Assembly (NCBI GenBank): GCA_963796275.1
Contig: CAWCKY010000003.1
Coordinates: 1,024,001-1,088,000 of the forward strand
Direction: 5' to 3'
Source of the DNA: an uncultured Acidobacteriota bacterium
GTDB taxonomy: Bacteria; Acidobacteriota; Blastocatellia; RBC074
DNA length: 64,000 nucleotides
Numbering within the stretch: the stretch's first letter is position 1; every line of letters begins with the position of its first letter. Positions 1 through 10,524 of this stretch are shown one piece after another. Below the pieces are notes generated by a model, which saw nothing but the letters and a program-made list of their open reading frames with translations, was not told the DNA's origin and made no database searches. Both the position numbers and the translations under genes were made by a program.

Positions 1-2
1 AT

Positions 3-203
3 TCCGCCTCGCCCGTCTATGCTGATGGGAAAGTCTGGTTCTTCAGCGAGGACGGGAAGGCCACGGTGATTCGTGCTGGGCGGACATTCGAACAACTGGC
101 AGAAAATAAGCTCGATGAAGGTTTTCTAGCTTCACCGGCGATCGCGGGCAAGGCCTTTTTCCTACGCACCAGGACGCATCTTTATAGAATTGAAAAGAGG
201 TGA
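3..203 (+). CDS. C-terminal fragment of a PQQ-binding-like beta-propeller protein (5' end outside the window)
   Basis: Frame 3 translates to SASPVYADGKVWFFSEDGKATVIRAGRTFEQLAENKLDEGFLASPAIAGKAFFLRTRTHLYRIEKR*, the typical C-terminus of this family; stop TGA at 201-203. Confidence 0.8.
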   Translation, partial: SASPVYADGKVWFFSEDGKATVIRAGRTFEQLAENKLDEGFLASPAIAGKAFFLRTRTHLYRIEKR

Positions 204-433
204 AGAGCTCAACTTACAAACCTCGTTTGTGCAGCATCCGAGTATTCAAGCGACCGGTCAAGCTCGAGATCGCCAAAATCAAGGCCGGTTCGACCGGCTT
301 CAGGATATGCATCTAGTAGCCGGAGTCCCCTGCAAAGGGTTTTCTGTGCAGTTATTCTCTGTCAGTCCTACGGCTGGCATCTGCCGCCCGTTATTAAGCT
401 CTCAACCGCGGATTTATCCATTAGGTGATAGCA

Positions 434-2020
434 TTAGATATGCTCCCCTCTGCCCGGAGGCTCATGCGCGGCGATCGCGGGGAGATTGACAGTGAACGTA
501 GCGCCCAGGCCCTGTCCGGGGCTTGTCGCCTTAATCGTTCCGCCGTGTAACTCAACCAGATGCTTGACCAACGCCAGCCCCAGGCCTAATCCGCCGTGAC
601 GCCGAGTGCGTGATGTGTCCTCTTGAGTAAACCGCTCGAATACAAATGGCAGGAAATCCGCCGCGATCCCCTGGCCTGTATCGCTCACTATGAGCCTCAC
701 CCCGGCATGTGTGCCGGCATGTGTGCGCTCGAGCCTGATCTCCACGAGCCCGTTTTCCGGCGTGAACTTGATCGCGTTGGTGAGCAGGTTCAAGACGACC
801 TGTTGCAAACGCTCCGGGTCGCCGATTATTTGGCCGGCTTGTTGGTCGAGCTTCGGTTCCAGCGCTACACCTTTAGCCTCGGCGCCGGGGCGCACCACGT
901 CGTGCGTCTTCAGGATCAAGGCTGCCAGGTCAAGCGGCTTGACTTCCAGCCGCAACTTCCCGGTGATGATGCGCGCAGTGTCGAGCAGATCGTCGATTAT
1001 AACTTTCTGGCGCTCGCCATTGGTGCGGATGACCTCCATGACGCGCTGAACCTCTTCCGGATCGAATTGTCTGTGTTTGCTGAAGAGGCGGGCGTAACCG
1101 AGCATCGCGTTGAGCGGCGAGCGTAGCTCGTGCGTTACTACAGCGAGGAATTCGTCTTTTGCGCGGTTGGCCTCTTCGGCCTGTTGCCGCGCAGCCTGCT
1201 CCTGCTCATAGAGTCTTTGTCTTTCAATCGCGACCGAAGCGGTTTGCGCCAACCGGGTCAGCAACGCCTCGTCCGAGGCTGTGAAATGGCCCTCGTATTT
1301 GCCGGTCAACCGCACTACTCCGACACACTCGCCATCTCCGCCGGTGAGCGGTGATTGAATGACATCCCTGGCCGTTTTCTGGTCGAGCCGTTCGCCACTA
1401 ATCGTTCGTCCCACATCTCTGCCGGCGATGAGATGAACGGCAGACTTTTGGGCGCCAATCAACTCGCGCGCTTTATCAGCGGTCAGTTGTAGAACATCTT
1501 CAGTCGTTTTCGCAGCGTTGATCTCGATCATCGACGTATTGAGTTGGCGAAGCTGTTCTGCCTGTCGCTGCTCTTCGGCAAGCAAGCGCTCCCGTTCTGC
1601 TTCGATCCGCTTACGCTCGGTGAGGTCTGTGACCATGGCGAAAAAGCCTTTGATTTCACCGTGATCGCCGATGTCGGGAATATAGTCTATCTGGACGTAG
1701 CGCTGACTAGCTTCTTTATAGTACACCGACCGCTCAAATGAGACCGGTTGGCCTGCCAGAACGGTCTCAACATAATGGAGGACCGATTGGTAAGACTTTC
1801 GGCCCAGAACTTCCTCCATGTGTTTTCCGCAAATATCGATGGGCACATGGCCGAACCAGTCAGTATAGGCTTTATTGCAGAAACGGTAGTAACGCCCGTT
1901 GTCTACATACGAAATGAGCGCGGGCAAGGCATCGGTAGTTTTGCGCATCAATTTGCCCATTTCCGGACCGAACCAGTTGTGGGCGGGTTGGAACTCCATA
2001 ACATCTTGTAGTTCGTCCAT
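434..2020 (-). CDS. PAS/GAF sensor histidine kinase (HisKA + HATPase_c)
   Basis: N-terminal PAS domain; H-box FLAVVTHELRSPL; N-box QVVLNLLTNAIKF; G boxes DTGQGI and GGLGLGL; no C-terminal receiver. Confidence 0.92.
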   Translation of the reverse strand: MDELQDVMEFQPAHNWFGPEMGKLMRKTTDALPALISYVDNGRYYRFCNKAYTDWFGHVPIDICGKHMEEVLGRKSYQSVLHYVETVLAGQPVSFERSVYYKEASQRYVQIDYIPDIGDHGEIKGFFAMVTDLTERKRIEAERERLLAEEQRQAEQLRQLNTSMIEINAAKTTEDVLQLTADKARELIGAQKSAVHLIAGRDVGRTISGERLDQKTARDVIQSPLTGGDGECVGVVRLTGKYEGHFTASDEALLTRLAQTASVAIERQRLYEQEQAARQQAEEANRAKDEFLAVVTHELRSPLNAMLGYARLFSKHRQFDPEEVQRVMEVIRTNGERQKVIIDDLLDTARIITGKLRLEVKPLDLAALILKTHDVVRPGAEAKGVALEPKLDQQAGQIIGDPERLQQVVLNLLTNAIKFTPENGLVEIRLERTHAGTHAGVRLIVSDTGQGIAADFLPFVFERFTQEDTSRTRRHGGLGLGLALVKHLVELHGGTIKATSPGQGLGATFTVNLPAIAAHEPPGRGEHI

Positions 2021-2196
2021 TAATCAGCTCCTTTCGATTCTAAATTTAGGCGCTGTCTATGCGGTTACAGCGACTGAGGGGAGAAGAGCCCTAGCTGGAT
2101 GCTTCTTTCGTGCAGGTTCAGGGACGCGGTCAGGCTAAATGCAGGGTGAGGGAGTAGAAATTCAAGCGAAATTATTTCGGATATTCTTACATCTAT

Positions 2197-2233
2197 TTAT
2201 ATAACTGGTTATATAACTGTTATTTATATAACT
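2197..2233. promoter_or_regulatory. Three TTATATAACT direct repeats in an AT-rich divergent intergenic region (putative operator)
   Basis: Copies at 2197-2206, 2209-2218 and 2224-2233; the middle copy lies in the palindrome GTTATATAAC. Confidence 0.4.
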
Positions 2234-2379
2234 TATACCTTCTTTTAAATCATCATTTCAGTCATCTCATAGTATTAGAAGGAGATCTTCAATGTCATCT
2301 TTTTATAGCACAGGATTATCATTGTGGGAAGCCACCAATTGATTTAGAGTGTTATTCATCGGGTTGTGGTAAAAAGCTG

Positions 2380-5300
2380 GTGATCTCCCAAATACTCTCC
2401 CACTATCGCATTCTCGAAAAACTCGGCGCTGGCGGAATGGGTGAAGTATATCTGGCTGAGGATATCAGACTCGGGCGCAAGGTCGCGCTCAAGCTCTTGC
2501 CCGCCGCCTACACAACCAATGACGAGCGGGTTCGCCGCTTCGAACAGGAGGCGCGCGCTGCGAGTGCGCTCAATCATCCCAACATCATTACCATCCACGA
2601 AATCGGCGAGGCCGATGCCGGCCGGTTCATCGTCATGGAATATGTCAAGGGGCGAACGCTGCGGGATTTGATTAACGAGCAGCCGCCGCTCGACTCGATC
2701 GTGACGTGGGGGATTCAGATCGCGAAGGCGCTTAGCGTGGCGCACACGGCTGGCATTATTCATCGCGATATCAAACCTGAGAACCTCATGGTGCGCGATG
2801 ATGGTTATGTAAAGGTGCTCGATTTCGGGCTGGCGCGCCTCGCGCCCCAGAACCTGATCGAGGACGAAGCGGACACGCAGACCGGCTCTATCCCGGGCGC
2901 TCTGGTAGGCACGATGCTTTACATGTCGCCCGAGCAGGCGCGCGGAGAGCAGGCGGGCATTTCTTCCGACGTATTTTCGCTCGGCATCGTGCTCTACGAG
3001 ATGGCGACGAAGCGGCATCCATTCAGAGGCCGTTCGACGCTCGCCGTGTTGCAGGCGATAACCTCGCATCTCGTCTCTCCTCCATCGCGCATTAACCCGG
3101 AGATATCTACCACATTTGAATCTCTGATCATGCGGATGCTGGAGAAGGAGGCGCATTTGCGCCCAAATGCCGGTCAGGTGGAGATGGCCCTCGCGGAGAC
3201 TGGCGGAGAGGTCGAAAATGGCAGAGGCATTCCATCCGCTTTTGCGCTACTGCCTCCGCGGTCTTCGGCATCCAGGATAGTAGGGCGCGAGCGGGAGCGC
3301 GCGGACTTGCGCGCGTGCTTCAAGTCGGTGGCCGCCGGCCGGGGGATGTTGCTCTGCATCGCGGGAGAGCCCGGCATCGGAAAAACCATCCTCGTCGAAG
3401 ATTTTCTCAATGAGCTGATCGCGAATGATCAATCGTGCCGCATCGCGCGCGGCCGCTGTTCCGAGCGGCTGTCGGGAACCGGAGCGTACCTGCCATGGCT
3501 CGAGGCGCTCGACAGCCTGATTCAGAGCGAAGCGGGCGAGTCGATGGCGCGGACGATGAAGTTCAACAACGAATCGCCAACGCGTCTTATGAAACTCGTC
3601 GCGCCGACCTGGTATATGCAGGTCGCGCCTCTCCCGGCTGAGGTAACATCTGAAGTCCGGATGTTGAGCGAGCGAACAGCCGCATCGCAGGAGCGCATGA
3701 AGATGGAGCTCAGCGCTCTGGTGCAGGAATTGACGCGGTCGAGTCCGCTCATCCTCTTCTTCGATGACCTGCACTGGTCGGATGCTTCGACGATCGACCT
3801 GCTAACGTATCTCGCGGGCAAGTTCGAGACGATGAGGATCCTCATCGTGGTCACATACCGTACTTCGGATCTGTTGCTGGCCCGGCATCCTTTTTTGCAG
3901 GTAAAGCCCGATTTACAGGCGCGCGGCCTGTGTCGCGAGATCGCGCTCGAATTCCTCATCCGCGCAGAGATCGAACGCTACCTGTCCATTGAGTTCCCCT
4001 CGCATCATTTCCCGGATGAATTGCCGGCGCTCATCCACGCAAAGACTGAAGGGAATCCGCTTTTTATGACCGACCTTGTGCGTTACCTGCGTGATCGGAG
4101 GGTGATCGTCGAAGAAGGGAGGCAGTGGATATTGGCTGGATCGCTCCCGCAGATCGAACGCGATCTGCCCGAGTCCGTACGCGGGATGATCGAGCGCAAG
4201 ATCGCGCAACTGGGCGAAGACGACCGCCGCCTACTGATCGCCGCCAGCGTCCAGGGGGCCGAATTCGATTCGGCGGTAGTCGCCGCATCCTTGGAGATGG
4301 ACCCAGCCGAGGTGGAAGAGAGGTTGGAGAATTTGGAACGGGTTCACTCCTTTATCCGGCTCATCGGCGAAAAAGAGTTTCCTGATCACACCCTTACGTT
4401 ACGGTACCGCTTCGTCCACGTACTATATCAGAACGCGCTCTATGCGCTGCTCAGGCCGACACGCCGGATTGCGTTGAGCAGCACGATGGCGCGCGCGTTA
4501 TTGACCTTCTATGGAGAAAAGAACCCTTCGGTGGCTTCGGAGCTGGCTCATCTCTTCTCGATCGCACGGATGTTCGCCCAGGCTACTGATTACTTCCTCA
4601 TCGCAGCGCGAGATGCCGCCGAAGTGTTCGCCTTCGAGGAGGCCGCGGCCCTTGCGTGGCGCGGGCTGGAGATGTTGCGCATGTCGCCGGACGGCGAGGA
4701 ACGCGCGCATCTCGAGCTTGGCCTTCATATCATCCTGGGGAGCGCGCTCAGTCTCTCGCGGGGGCACTCGCTGCCAGATGCCGGAAAGAGTATGACCAGG
4801 GCGCGCGAGCTGTGCCAGCAGATAGGCGAACCGCCTCAGTTATTCACCGTCATCTTCGCGCTCTGGTCTTACTATATCGTCGGAGCGAAGCTTGAAGATG
4901 CGCGGCAGATGGCCGAGCAGTTACTGAGAATGGCCGAACGCGCGCAAGACCCGGCGTTACTCCTGGGCGCGCACTATACGCTCGGCACCACGATGCAATT
5001 TCTCGGCCAACTGCCGGAAGGGCATGAGCATCTGGCGGTGGCGGTCTCATATTACGATCCGCAACAGCGCAGGGCCTATCGAGCTTCCTACCGGGTAGAC
5101 CTGGGAGTCTACTGCAATAGCGAGATGGTTCGCACGCTCTGGCTGATGGGTTATCCAGAACAGGCGAGACGCCGGCTGGATGAAGCACTGGAGCTCGCGC
5201 GCGCCTCCAAAGACCCGAAGGACATGTCTTTCGTCATGGTCAAGGCGGTTCTTCTTTTCCAGTTATGCCATGAGTTCCAACAGGCGGAAGAGTGGGCGGA

Positions 5301-5949
5301 TAAGTGTATCGCCCATTGCGATCAGCATGGTATTGCCCAGGAACGATTATGGTCCAAATCGCTCTCGGGCTGGTCGATTGCCGCTCAGGGTAGAGTTGAT
5401 CAGGGATTAGCATGGATGCGCGAGAGCATCGAAGCATACCGCGCATTACGATCTGAATTGTCGCTCTCTCACTATCAGACTCTGCTCGCCGATGTCCTCG
5501 GGTTTACCGGCAATGCGGCAGACGCGTTGGCGATCATCGCCGAAGCTCTTGATACGATACGCCGCACGAGCGACCGCCATTGCGAAGCGGAAACTCACCG
5601 GATAAAAGGCGAGTTGCTGCTGAGACAGGAGTCGATCCCCGATAGCGGTATTGTGACGAGTACCGGCGACCGGGAGGTGATAGCGGCTGAAGCTCCCGTC
5701 TGCGCGGAAGCCGAGGCCTGTTTCCGCCATGCGATCGAGCTGGCCAGGCGGCAGGGCTCAAAATCCTGGGAGCTGCGAGCTGCCATCAGTTTATGCGTCC
5801 TATGGATGCAGCAAGGGAGACGGAATGAGGCGCGAGAGTTGCTCACACCAATCTATCATTGGTTCACTGAGGGTTTTGAAACAGCCGACTTGAAAGAGGC
5901 TCGGGCGTTGATCCATGAATTATCAGGAGACCAGAAAGTCGCAAGATAG
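2380..5949 (+). CDS. Ser/Thr protein kinase fused to an AAA/STAND-type ATPase and TPR-like helical repeats
   Basis: Kinase motifs LGAGGMGEVY, VALK, HRDIKPEN, DFGLA, YMSPEQ; Walker A GEPGIGKT; Walker B FFDDLHWSD; GNPLF motif; helical C-terminus ending ...WFTEGFETADL. Confidence 0.92.
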   Translation: MISQILSHYRILEKLGAGGMGEVYLAEDIRLGRKVALKLLPAAYTTNDERVRRFEQEARAASALNHPNIITIHEIGEADAGRFIVMEYVKGRTLRDLINEQPPLDSIVTWGIQIAKALSVAHTAGIIHRDIKPENLMVRDDGYVKVLDFGLARLAPQNLIEDEADTQTGSIPGALVGTMLYMSPEQARGEQAGISSDVFSLGIVLYEMATKRHPFRGRSTLAVLQAITSHLVSPPSRINPEISTTFESLIMRMLEKEAHLRPNAGQVEMALAETGGEVENGRGIPSAFALLPPRSSASRIVGRERERADLRACFKSVAAGRGMLLCIAGEPGIGKTILVEDFLNELIANDQSCRIARGRCSERLSGTGAYLPWLEALDSLIQSEAGESMARTMKFNNESPTRLMKLVAPTWYMQVAPLPAEVTSEVRMLSERTAASQERMKMELSALVQELTRSSPLILFFDDLHWSDASTIDLLTYLAGKFETMRILIVVTYRTSDLLLARHPFLQVKPDLQARGLCREIALEFLIRAEIERYLSIEFPSHHFPDELPALIHAKTEGNPLFMTDLVRYLRDRRVIVEEGRQWILAGSLPQIERDLPESVRGMIERKIAQLGEDDRRLLIAASVQGAEFDSAVVAASLEMDPAEVEERLENLERVHSFIRLIGEKEFPDHTLTLRYRFVHVLYQNALYALLRPTRRIALSSTMARALLTFYGEKNPSVASELAHLFSIARMFAQATDYFLIAARDAAEVFAFEEAAALAWRGLEMLRMSPDGEERAHLELGLHIILGSALSLSRGHSLPDAGKSMTRARELCQQIGEPPQLFTVIFALWSYYIVGAKLEDARQMAEQLLRMAERAQDPALLLGAHYTLGTTMQFLGQLPEGHEHLAVAVSYYDPQQRRAYRASYRVDLGVYCNSEMVRTLWLMGYPEQARRRLDEALELARASKDPKDMSFVMVKAVLLFQLCHEFQQAEEWADKCIAHCDQHGIAQERLWSKSLSGWSIAAQGRVDQGLAWMRESIEAYRALRSELSLSHYQTLLADVLGFTGNAADALAIIAEALDTIRRTSDRHCEAETHRIKGELLLRQESIPDSGIVTSTGDREVIAAEAPVCAEAEACFRHAIELARRQGSKSWELRAAISLCVLWMQQGRRNEARELLTPIYHWFTEGFETADLKEARALIHELSGDQKVAR

Positions 5950-6163
5950 AGACCTAAACAGGCGCGTGCGTCGATCCGTATCCTCTCTGCGGTAACATCA
6001 CGAAATAAGTTTTCTATTTCTTGCTGTGTCTTTATCTGTGTTTTTGTGGTGTAACCGCGAACTACTCTCGTACGTCTAAACCATTGAACTGATATTTCAT
6101 CACGCGCTGCTCACAGCGCGGTTATCTTGACCAACTTTCCAGGTCGCAAATGGAGGCCCGTTT

Positions 6164-9100
6164 ATGAATCGCACTCACCCTCGCAGGTCTAAATGCGATT
6201 TTGTTTATTTCGCATTTCTCGCGGTTGTCCTCGCATTCGTCATTAATCCTGCATTTATTCAGGCTCAGCAGAATCCGCCGCAAGCTACACAACCGAATGA
6301 CAAGGAATACACCGAGTCGATCCTCAAAAATACCACTGAGAAGTTCTTCCTGACCGAGCTGGTCGATCATTTACCCGCGTCGGACAAAGTGCCGACGCCG
6401 GCCAAGATTCTCGGTTATCCGATCGGCACGCCCAAGAAGCTGACCTATACGAAAGATCAATATCGTTACTACCGCGAATTGGAGAAGGCCACGCCGAGGG
6501 TGAAAACATTCATCGCCCCTGAAAAGAGCGAGATGGGCAAGGAACAGATGCTGGTCGTCGTTTCCGATGAGGATAACATCGCCAATTTGTCACGCTACCG
6601 AGAGCTGACAGCCAGACTCGCCGATCCGCGGCGCATCGACGAGGCGGAAGCCAAACGGATTATCGGCGAGGGCAAGGTGATCTACTGGGCCTCCGGCTCG
6701 ATTCACTCGCCCGAGACCGGCAGCCCCGAGATGCTTATGGAACTCGCCTATCGTCTGGCCGTTCAGGAGACGCCGTTCATACAACAGATCCGGAAGAACG
6801 CGATTGTTCTGATAACGCCCACGCTCGAAGTCGATGGACGCGACATGCAGGTCGATCTTTACAATTATCGCAAAGCCAATGAAGGCAAACGCGCGCCGAG
6901 CCTGGTCTACTGGGGAAAATATGTCGCCCACGACAACAATCGCGATTCGATGGGTATGGCGCTGGCCCTCTCGCGCAACCAGATGGCGACATTTCTCGAA
7001 TACCATCCCCAGGTCCTGCACGATCTTCACGAATCCGTTCCGTTTCTCTATACCTCGACGGGCACGGGTCCTTACAACGCCTGGCTCGATCCGATAGTGA
7101 TAGATGAATGGCATATTCTCGCCTACCACGAGGTCAACGAGATGAACAAGCGCGGCGTGCCCGGCGTTTGGACTCACGGTTTCTATGATGGCTGGGCGCC
7201 CAACTATATGTTCTACGTGGCGAATGGGCACAATTCGATCGGCCGTTTCTACGAGACTTTCGGCAATGGCGGGGCTGACACGCAGGATCGAATCGTCGCG
7301 CAGCAATCGAACCGCGATTGGTTCAGACCGAACCCGCCGATGCCCCGCGTCAAATGGTCAATGCGCAATAACGTCAACCTGCAGCAGAGCGCGCTTCTCC
7401 TGGCGATGAACTATGTTGCGCATAACAAAGAACGTTTCCTCGAGAATTTTTACATCAAGAGCAAACGGTCGGTCGCCAAAGCCCGCGCGGAAGGTCCTGC
7501 GGCGTACATCCTTCCTGCCGACGATCAGCGGCCGAATGAGGCGGCCGATCTGGTCAATCTGCTGAAACTGCAGGGATGCGAGGTGCATCGGGCGAATAGA
7601 GAGTTTGAGGTGAAAGAGGGTAAATTCCCGGCCGGCAGTTATGTCGTGCGAATGGACCAGCCATACTCGCGCATGGCCGATATGCTGCTCGACACGCAGT
7701 ACTACAACGTCAACGACCCGCGCCCCTATGATGACACGGGGTGGACTCTGGGGGCGCTGCGCAATGTCAAAACCATCCGGGTCAAGGATGAGAAGGTCCT
7801 GGATGTGCCGATGTCTCTGACCAATGGCCCGGCCAAAGTGATGGGCAAAGTGGAAGGTACAGGGAAAGCGGGTTACATCATCAACCACAATGCCGAGAGT
7901 GCACTCGCCCAACTTCGCTTTCGTTTGAAAGATGTGAAGATGATGGCGGCTGAGGACAGCTTCAAAGCCGGCGAGCGCCGCTTCAACGCAGGCTCGTTCA
8001 TCATCAAGGCCGAGGGCAATCCGGCGGATCTCGACGCGCGTTTGAGAAAAGAGGCGACCGAACTCGGCATTAAATTGGTCGCCGTCGATAAATTGCCGGA
8101 GGTGGCGCAGCATCCGCTCGCCGCGCCGCGCATCGCGTTGGTTCACACTTGGGTCAACACACAGGATGAAGGCTGGTATCGCATCGAGTTCGACCGGCTG
8201 GGCATTCCATATGACTACATCTCCGATCAGGTCATCGCCCGCACAGCGAACCTGCGCCAGAAATGGGACGTGATCATCTTCGCTCCCGCTCGCGGCAATG
8301 CGCAGTCGATCGTGCGCGGCCTATCGAAACGGGGTGAAAACGAAGCGCCGATACCGTGGAAGAAATCCGATCTCACGCCAAACTTCGGTTTAGCACCCGA
8401 TCAGACTGATGATATTCGCGGTGGAATGGGGCTTCTGGGACTAGCGAATCTGCAGATGTTCATTGAATCGGGCGGTCTTTTCGTCACGGTTGGTACGACT
8501 AACACGATACCCATCGATTTCGGCCTGATCGAGGGCGTTACAGTTCAGGATGCGCGGCAGCTCCAGGCCCGCGGCTCAATCTTTAGCACGGTCTTCGCCG
8601 ATCGTAAGAGTCCAATATCTTACGGCTATGACGAGAAGCTCGCCGTCTATTTCAATCAGGCGCCGCTCTTTCAGGTGAGCGCGCTCGGCAGCCAGGGCGG
8701 CGGCCGGGGAGCTCGAGGTGGTGGGAATCAATCCGGGGAACAACCGGGGCAGGCTAATCAACGCCCTTCGGGTCGAGGCGGTTTGAACGACCCGGATGTC
8801 GTTCAGGGCCGTAGAGCACTTCCACCGACACCTCCGGAGCCGCCGAGCGATGATGGCATCCCGCCCGAGTTACGATCACAACTCGCCGGCCAATTGCCGC
8901 CTCCGGAATTGCGCCCCAGAATAGTGCTGCGGTTCGCTGGTGAGAAAGAGCTGCTAATCAGCGGAATGCTCGAGGGCGGGTCGGAATTGGCCAATAAACC
9001 AGCGGTGATCGATGTTCCCGTGGGTAAGGGCCATGTGGTCATGTTCGCCAACAACCCGATGTGGCGGCATCAGACACACGGCAGTTTTTCTCTGCTCTTC

Positions 9101-9187
9101 AACGCCGCGTTGAATTTCGATCATTTACACGTCGGAAGGGCTGCGTCGACGCGAAGCGGCCAGCCGCAGGCAAGTCAGGGGAACTGA
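6164..9187 (+). CDS. Secreted M14-family zinc carboxypeptidase-like protein
   Basis: Signal peptide; zinc motif IHSPE (HxxE), DNNRD and HDLHE; glutamine-amidotransferase-like C-terminal domain typical of these ~1000 aa proteins. Confidence 0.85.
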   Translation: MNRTHPRRSKCDFVYFAFLAVVLAFVINPAFIQAQQNPPQATQPNDKEYTESILKNTTEKFFLTELVDHLPASDKVPTPAKILGYPIGTPKKLTYTKDQYRYYRELEKATPRVKTFIAPEKSEMGKEQMLVVVSDEDNIANLSRYRELTARLADPRRIDEAEAKRIIGEGKVIYWASGSIHSPETGSPEMLMELAYRLAVQETPFIQQIRKNAIVLITPTLEVDGRDMQVDLYNYRKANEGKRAPSLVYWGKYVAHDNNRDSMGMALALSRNQMATFLEYHPQVLHDLHESVPFLYTSTGTGPYNAWLDPIVIDEWHILAYHEVNEMNKRGVPGVWTHGFYDGWAPNYMFYVANGHNSIGRFYETFGNGGADTQDRIVAQQSNRDWFRPNPPMPRVKWSMRNNVNLQQSALLLAMNYVAHNKERFLENFYIKSKRSVAKARAEGPAAYILPADDQRPNEAADLVNLLKLQGCEVHRANREFEVKEGKFPAGSYVVRMDQPYSRMADMLLDTQYYNVNDPRPYDDTGWTLGALRNVKTIRVKDEKVLDVPMSLTNGPAKVMGKVEGTGKAGYIINHNAESALAQLRFRLKDVKMMAAEDSFKAGERRFNAGSFIIKAEGNPADLDARLRKEATELGIKLVAVDKLPEVAQHPLAAPRIALVHTWVNTQDEGWYRIEFDRLGIPYDYISDQVIARTANLRQKWDVIIFAPARGNAQSIVRGLSKRGENEAPIPWKKSDLTPNFGLAPDQTDDIRGGMGLLGLANLQMFIESGGLFVTVGTTNTIPIDFGLIEGVTVQDARQLQARGSIFSTVFADRKSPISYGYDEKLAVYFNQAPLFQVSALGSQGGGRGARGGGNQSGEQPGQANQRPSGRGGLNDPDVVQGRRALPPTPPEPPSDDGIPPELRSQLAGQLPPPELRPRIVLRFAGEKELLISGMLEGGSELANKPAVIDVPVGKGHVVMFANNPMWRHQTHGSFSLLFNAALNFDHLHVGRAASTRSGQPQASQGN

Positions 9188-9188
9188 C

Positions 9189-9517
9189 AGTTTTTAGTTT
9201 TCAGGGAGAACTCACCAAAACTGAAAACTGATGGTGCTAACCAGGCGGTTGAGCGGGTAGCGCGAAACCCCTGGTGAAGATCGATTACCAATTGCATCCA
9301 GAAGGGATGCGAGAATGCCTGTCTCGCATCCCTTCTGGATGTCACCGCTATTTGGAGTTAAACAGAGGTGCATTTCGCTGCGCTCAGCTCAACCCCCTGG
9401 CTACCTTCTCAAATCCCTTCGGAATTATGGTCCTTAATTCAATGCAATTTGGCCTGGCGAGCGGACAATTACTCACAACCAATCCGTTAGCGGCAGGGAA
9501 ACTGAAAACTAAAAACT
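9189..9517. repeat. Intergenic element: 16-bp inverted heptamer-type arms enclosing a REP-like palindrome
   Basis: AGTTTTTAGTTTTCAG (9189-9204) and its exact reverse complement (9502-9517); internal perfect 20-bp stem CATCCAGAAGGGATGCGAGA at 9295-9314 pairing with 9322-9341. Confidence 0.75.
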
Positions 9518-9521
9518 ATCC

Positions 9522-10349
9522 TCAAAGATATTTGACGAACATCAGCTCGTTTCTGCGCTCGTTATAGACCAATTCATCAATCAACTGTCTCGTCAGCAGA
9601 ATTCCGAATCCGCCCGCCCTCAATCCCTTTTCATCGCGGATTATGACGTGGCGGAAAGGATCGCCGGTCGGGTTATTGACTGCGGCGTGCTCCAGTTTTT
9701 CCGGATCGAATCCTTCACCAGGGTCTTTGATCCAATAGATGATTGCGCGTTTGAGCCTCACACACAAAACTTCGACATATTTTGTCGAATCGAGTTTCCC
9801 GCCGTGTTCGATTGCGTTGTTTAGCATCTCACGGAAAGCGTATGCCATCGCCTCACGCGTGTTCTCCGGAAGATCTGCTTTCAGCTGAATCAGCAGTCTT
9901 TGTAAAAGCGGCACGGCCGCGAGATCGCACGGCACCCGCAATTGCACCCAGTCTGGCAGGGCGGATATGACATCGATCTTTATCATTTTGTCTTCATGGA
10001 GCGCTGTGCTGATGGCGGCGCGCAGATCGGTGAGGCTGAATGGTTTGACCAGAAAATCGCAAACTTGTTTGCGAAGTGCGCTTAATACTGCTTCCGGGGT
10101 TCCGTAAGCGGTGATCATTATTGCTTTGAGCTGTGGGTGATCATGGCGAAGTTTATCCAGGAATTCGAAGCCGTCCATCCCCGGCATGACGTAATCGATC
10201 AAGGTCAGATCGACATGCTCGCTCTCGAGCATCTCGAGGCCCTTCTTTGCATCTGTTGTATGGAGCAATATATGACCATCGCTCGTCAGCGCAGTTTCAA
10301 GCACTTGATGCAGGGCCGGATCATCGTCAACTACGAGGATCTTGCTCAT
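9522..10349 (-). CDS. Response-regulator receiver fused to an RsbW-like anti-sigma kinase (HATPase_c_2) domain
   Basis: Receiver motifs ILVVDDD, DYVMPGMDG, KPF; C-terminal EMLNNAIEHG, KDPGEGF, GGFGI. Confidence 0.85.
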   Translation of the reverse strand: MSKILVVDDDPALHQVLETALTSDGHILLHTTDAKKGLEMLESEHVDLTLIDYVMPGMDGFEFLDKLRHDHPQLKAIMITAYGTPEAVLSALRKQVCDFLVKPFSLTDLRAAISTALHEDKMIKIDVISALPDWVQLRVPCDLAAVPLLQRLLIQLKADLPENTREAMAYAFREMLNNAIEHGGKLDSTKYVEVLCVRLKRAIIYWIKDPGEGFDPEKLEHAAVNNPTGDPFRHVIIRDEKGLRAGGFGILLTRQLIDELVYNERRNELMFVKYL

Positions 10350-10524
10350 CGATTACCTCTCGCACTCGGATTTGTCTGCAATTAAATAATAAATCCTGGA
10401 ACATAATTGAGGCTATTATGCCCTTAGCTAGAAGGTTTGGCTAGCGGTGCCGCTAACCAAACCAAGTCCTATCTAGTGTTACGATAAGCATCAGTGTTCG
10501 GTTCTGAACCAGGAGTAGATTTTC

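Noticed and set aside
2040-2155. Possible structured leader of the histidine kinase
   Set aside because: One small hairpin (GCTGT...ACAGC) and no motif I can assign; insufficient support.
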